Notes under the pieces: generated by a model
The model's database searches: none
Seen by the model: only the letters and a program-made list of their open reading frames with translations
What the model was told of the DNA's origin: nothing
In this document: positions 60,611-64,000 of the stretch, piece by piece
How positions within the stretch are numbered: position 1 is the stretch's first letter
How the letters are laid out: each line of letters opens with the position of its first letter
Made by a program: the position numbers and the translations under genes
From: Gammaproteobacteria bacterium
GTDB lineage: Bacteria; Pseudomonadota; Gammaproteobacteria; UBA4575
Direction of reading: 5' to 3'
DNA length: 64,000 nucleotides
NCBI GenBank assembly: GCA_965222615.1
Contig: CBDCUI010000009.1
Location: forward strand, 128,001-192,000

Positions 60611-61114
60611 ATGTATAGACATTTATTCGAAGGGGTACCGACAAAACCGGTGCTCGTACTTGCGCCATTAGTGATTGCAGCTGTTCTGGCCCTTTACTAC
60701 TACAATCAACATAAGAATTGTAGCCACCAAGCCTCACTGCGCGAACAATTTTATATCTTCTTAAAAAACAACATTAACCAAACTATAGCACTATCTGAGG
60801 CTATGCCATTTAAGTGGGATAAGGCCTATATATTGGTGAACTACAAACCCGATAGAAAAGTACGAGATTGCCCATTTGAATGGGATTGGACAGAAGAATA
60901 TCGCCAAACCCTTATTGAAAGTGATTTACTCAACGTAATTTTTTTTACCGTTAATGATAAGCGTGCCATGTATATCGAATTTAGTGATGAACAGATCGAT
61001 ATGCAAGATATGGGTGAGGATAACCTACTAACATCTGAGACGGCTTTGTTTAAAATAGAATCTAAAGATGATTTAAATCAACAGCTTAAACTAATACATG
61101 CAAGTACTTTATGA
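60611..61114 (+). CDS. Hypothetical membrane-anchored protein
   Basis: 167 aa with an N-terminal TM helix; stop overlaps the next start. Confidence 0.7.
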   Translation: MYRHLFEGVPTKPVLVLAPLVIAAVLALYYYNQHKNCSHQASLREQFYIFLKNNINQTIALSEAMPFKWDKAYILVNYKPDRKVRDCPFEWDWTEEYRQTLIESDLLNVIFFTVNDKRAMYIEFSDEQIDMQDMGEDNLLTSETALFKIESKDDLNQQLKLIHASTL

Positions 61115-61839
61115 CTAAATTACCTCGCATACTTGTATTTCAACATATTGCCGCTGAGCATCCTGGTATTTTTAGAAATTACTTACAAGAAGATCAAATC
61201 GAATGGGTTCCTATCGAATTAGACGAAGGAGAGCAAATTCCAAATTTAGATCAATTTGATGCGTTGTGGGTTATGGGTGGTCCGATGGATGTATGGGAAG
61301 AAAGTAAATATCCCTGGTTAGTCGACGAGAAAGCTGCAATTCATGAAGCAGTGATTGAACGTAAACTTCCATATTTAGGTTTTTGTCTCGGTCATCAACT
61401 ATTAGCCGATGCGCTTGGGGGCGAAGTCGGTTTAGCAAAAACTCCTGAAATCGGTGTGATGGATGTAGAAATCACAAAGCTAGGAAAAACAAGCCCTTTC
61501 TTACAAGATTTACCTGCTAAGACTAAGTGTCTGCAGTGGCACAGCGCCGAGGTCATACATACACCAGAAGGTGCAGACATTTTAGTTTCAACGAGTTCAT
61601 GTCCGATTCAGGCGATGTCATTGGGCGCCAAGGCATTGAGCGTGCAATACCATATTGAAATAACACCGCACACGGTATCGGAATGGGGTGAGATTCCCGC
61701 TTACAAACAGGCGTTAGAAAAGCAACTTGGGCCGGATGCCTTAGATCAAATAAACACGGACGCGGATCGGCATATGTCAGATATGAATAAAAATTCTCGA
61801 ATACTTTATGAAAATTGGAAACGGACTGTGTTTTCTTGA
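61111..61839 (+). CDS. Class I glutamine amidotransferase-like protein (possible gamma-glutamyl-amide hydrolase)
   Basis: MGGPM, GFCLGHQ, QWHS, QYHIE (Cys-His-Glu triad). Confidence 0.88.
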   Translation: MTKLPRILVFQHIAAEHPGIFRNYLQEDQIEWVPIELDEGEQIPNLDQFDALWVMGGPMDVWEESKYPWLVDEKAAIHEAVIERKLPYLGFCLGHQLLADALGGEVGLAKTPEIGVMDVEITKLGKTSPFLQDLPAKTKCLQWHSAEVIHTPEGADILVSTSSCPIQAMSLGAKALSVQYHIEITPHTVSEWGEIPAYKQALEKQLGPDALDQINTDADRHMSDMNKNSRILYENWKRTVFS

Positions 61840-61910
61840 AAAAGCATTGCTATATATGGATTTGGTCGATTTAAGCACAATGCTAATTCGAAGCGCTGTA
61901 AATTAGCTTT

Positions 61911-62561
61911 ATGTTAATGTCAGCTGAACAGTGGTGGTTGTTTTTAACAGCGTGCACGATTCTAAATATTGCACCTGGTCCAGATACTATTTACATCACT
62001 ACAAAAACGATTACTCAAGGAAAGTTGTCGGGTTTATTGTCCGCTTTTGGTGTTTGTACAGGTGCAATGATTCATGCAATAACAGCTGGCATAGGCCTAT
62101 CAGCCGTTCTGGCAACCTCTGCTTATGCCTTTACTATCATTAAATGGATCGGAGCAGTCTACCTAATGTATCTTGGGTTACGTGCGATTATGGGAACTTT
62201 TAAGCATGGACAAAAAACTAAAAGTTTGAAACAAGAAGTTGCAGCTGTCGAAAATAATTTAGGGAAAATATATTTTCAAGGTGTACTCGTGGATGTGCTT
62301 AATCCTAAGACTGCGATGTTTTTTCTGGCTTTTATCCCACAGTTTATTGACACCACCGCAAACAGCAGTGTTTGGCAATTTATCTTTCTGGGGCTAATCG
62401 TAGTTTTAAATGCATTGGTAATTGAAGCTGTATTGATTTTTTTTGCAGCAAAAATTACACGATTTTTACGTACCAATATATCACTTTCTAATTGGCTTGA
62501 ACGTAGTCTAGGTGCGATATTAATTGGGCTTGGTTTTCACGTTTTGAATAGAAAGATGTAG
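61911..62561 (+). CDS. LysE/RhtB-family exporter
   Basis: APGPD, GAVYL.YLG, LNPK.A.FFLAFIPQF. Confidence 0.9.
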   Translation: MLMSAEQWWLFLTACTILNIAPGPDTIYITTKTITQGKLSGLLSAFGVCTGAMIHAITAGIGLSAVLATSAYAFTIIKWIGAVYLMYLGLRAIMGTFKHGQKTKSLKQEVAAVENNLGKIYFQGVLVDVLNPKTAMFFLAFIPQFIDTTANSSVWQFIFLGLIVVLNALVIEAVLIFFAAKITRFLRTNISLSNWLERSLGAILIGLGFHVLNRKM

Positions 62562-62621
62562 GCCTGTTATTAATCCTTGACTTGATATTTGAATAAGTTG
62601 TCAAAAAAATAGAGTACTGCT

Positions 62622-63440
62622 TTAATTTTCAATTCCGTAAGATTTGCTCCACAGCAGGATTTCTTTTAATAATTGGTTTAAAAGTTTTTGAATTCTTTTT
62701 GCCTTGTCCGAATGGTATTCAGGAGGACATGATTCATTCATGTAACTTTGTTGTGTAAGTTCTAGTTGTACTGTATGAATATTTTGTTGTGGCTGACCGT
62801 AATGCCGCGTTATGTAACCGCCTATAAAGCGCCCATTGAGTGTGCTTGAATATTCTTTAAAGTTATTACATATCTCAAATAGCCGAATAGCTAAAGCTGT
62901 GTCCATACTTTTACCATTTGCGGTACCTAAGTTGAGATTATCTAATTGGTCATCAAATAGAGATGGAACTACAGATTTTATTGAATGTGCATCAAATAAA
63001 ACTGCAACACCAAATTGTTTGCGTAGTGAGTTTAATTGTTTATTTAAATGATGGTGATAGGGCTGCCAATAGTTTAGTAAACGTTGTTTAATTTCTTCTT
63101 CAGTAGGTTCTTTTCCTTTTTTGTAGACAGGTAATTCATTAAATGTTTTTAGTGGGCAAAGTTCGGTATAGGTTTTGCCTGGGTATAATATTTTATTATT
63201 AGGTGATCGATTCAAATCGATTACATAACGAGAATAATTGGCAATTTGCAAGCTTACACCCAGTTTCGTCGCAAATGCATATAAACGATTCAAATACCAA
63301 TCTGTATCCGGTAATTCAATTGCAGATGGAGTGAATCGTTTCCCGATATCATCGGGCAGCTGGGTACCTGTATGCGGTATACTGATTAACAGTGGCGTAG
63401 AGCCTTGAATGTAATCATATACCTGGTTTGTTGTTAACAA
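62622..63440 (-). CDS. hutG: N-formylglutamate deformylase
   Basis: PLLISIPHTG, DTDW, SRYVIDLNR, YWQPYH, DAHSI, NGRF.GGYITR.YG, QLEL. Confidence 0.9.
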   Translation of the reverse strand: MLTTNQVYDYIQGSTPLLISIPHTGTQLPDDIGKRFTPSAIELPDTDWYLNRLYAFATKLGVSLQIANYSRYVIDLNRSPNNKILYPGKTYTELCPLKTFNELPVYKKGKEPTEEEIKQRLLNYWQPYHHHLNKQLNSLRKQFGVAVLFDAHSIKSVVPSLFDDQLDNLNLGTANGKSMDTALAIRLFEICNNFKEYSSTLNGRFIGGYITRHYGQPQQNIHTVQLELTQQSYMNESCPPEYHSDKAKRIQKLLNQLLKEILLWSKSYGIEN

Positions 63441-63449
63441 AGAAAATGA

Positions 63450-64000
63450 TTAACAGTCCAAAACGTTGGTGCGTTCCCAATCGCTCAGGTGGGTGGTGTA
63501 TTCGTTCCACTCTTGCATTTTTAACTTAATAAGTGAATCAACAAGTTCAGTGCCTAATCCTTTTTGAATAATTTTGTTTTTTTCGAGTAAACGTAGAGCA
63601 TCAAGTAAGGTAGTAGGTAACTGTTTGGCGGCTTTAACCTTGTGGCCTTCTTCATACATATTAATATGTAGCGGTTTTCCAGGGTCACGCTTGCTTTCGA
63701 TGCCTTCTAAACCGGCAGCAATTACGCCGGCTTGTAGAAGATAAGGATTGGTAGAACCATCCATTAAACGTAATTCAAACCTGCCAGCATCAGGTACGCG
63801 TATCATATGCGTGCGGTTATTTCCAGAATAAGTAATCGAACTAGGAGACCAAGTTGCACCGGAGGTAGTGCGTGGGGCACTGATACGTTTATAACTGTTT
63901 ACGGTTGGATTAAATACAGCACATAGAGACTGAGCGTGCTGCAAAATACCACCTAAAAAGTTATAGGCAAGCTTAGACAGTCCCAAATCATCGCTTTTAC
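63450..64000 (-). CDS. glnT: Type III glutamine synthetase / gamma-glutamylmethylamide synthetase (GlnT/GmaS), 3' part only
   Basis: NPTVNSYKRI.APRT.SGATWSP..GNNRTHMIR.PD.GRFELRL, WER...LDC; frame open to the window edge. Confidence 0.85.
   Translation of the reverse strand, partial: KSDDLGLSKLAYNFLGGILQHAQSLCAVFNPTVNSYKRISAPRTTSGATWSPSSITYSGNNRTHMIRVPDAGRFELRLMDGSTNPYLLQAGVIAAGLEGIESKRDPGKPLHINMYEEGHKVKAAKQLPTTLLDALRLLEKNKIIQKGLGTELVDSLIKLKMQEWNEYTTHLSDWERTNVLDC

Noticed and set aside
956-63051. Numerous short ORFs overlapping long genes (for example 2880..3467, 42332..42895, 46226..46537)
   Set aside because: Antisense or alternate-frame shadows of well-supported genes, with no motifs.

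Overview
AT-rich bacterial chromosome segment, probably from a gammaproteobacterium (inferred from a Pil-Chp-type chemosensory operon and a cysT/leuZ-like tRNA pair). It has four blocks. (1) 1-20.1 kb: an unusual type IV filament locus with a divergent Flp-like pilin, a secreted pentapeptide-repeat protein, a thioredoxin-fold lipoprotein, a PilB/GspE-type ATPase paired with a TadC platform, three membrane FHA proteins (two with TPR-like regions), a membrane Ser/Thr kinase and a TadE-like pilin. It runs directly into a signal-peptide-bearing Rhs toxin (WHH nuclease) with SUKH immunity. (2) 20.5-31.8 kb: tRNA-Cys and tRNA-Leu(TAA), separated by a pilH-pilI-pilJ-chpA operon, a paralogous soluble Ser/Thr kinase and fadL. 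An 11-bp relic of the tRNA-Cys 3' end and an inverted, internally deleted copy of part of pilJ mark this as an old island. (3) 31.8-36.7 kb: GNAT, a hypothetical protein plus rhodanese downstream of what appear to be tandem SAM-II riboswitches, and an orphan RnfD-like/Sel1 membrane protein. (4) 37-64 kb: a methylamine/N-methylglutamate-type cluster with an FAD oxidoreductase, two glutamine-synthetase-like genes, glxBCD/mgsABC, a Gfa-family gene, a frameshifted PAS hybrid kinase, a NarL-type regulator and its decayed copy, an APC permease, a Liv-type ABC transporter, Amt, a class I amidotransferase and hutG. All calls come from motif reading by eye; no database searches were run.
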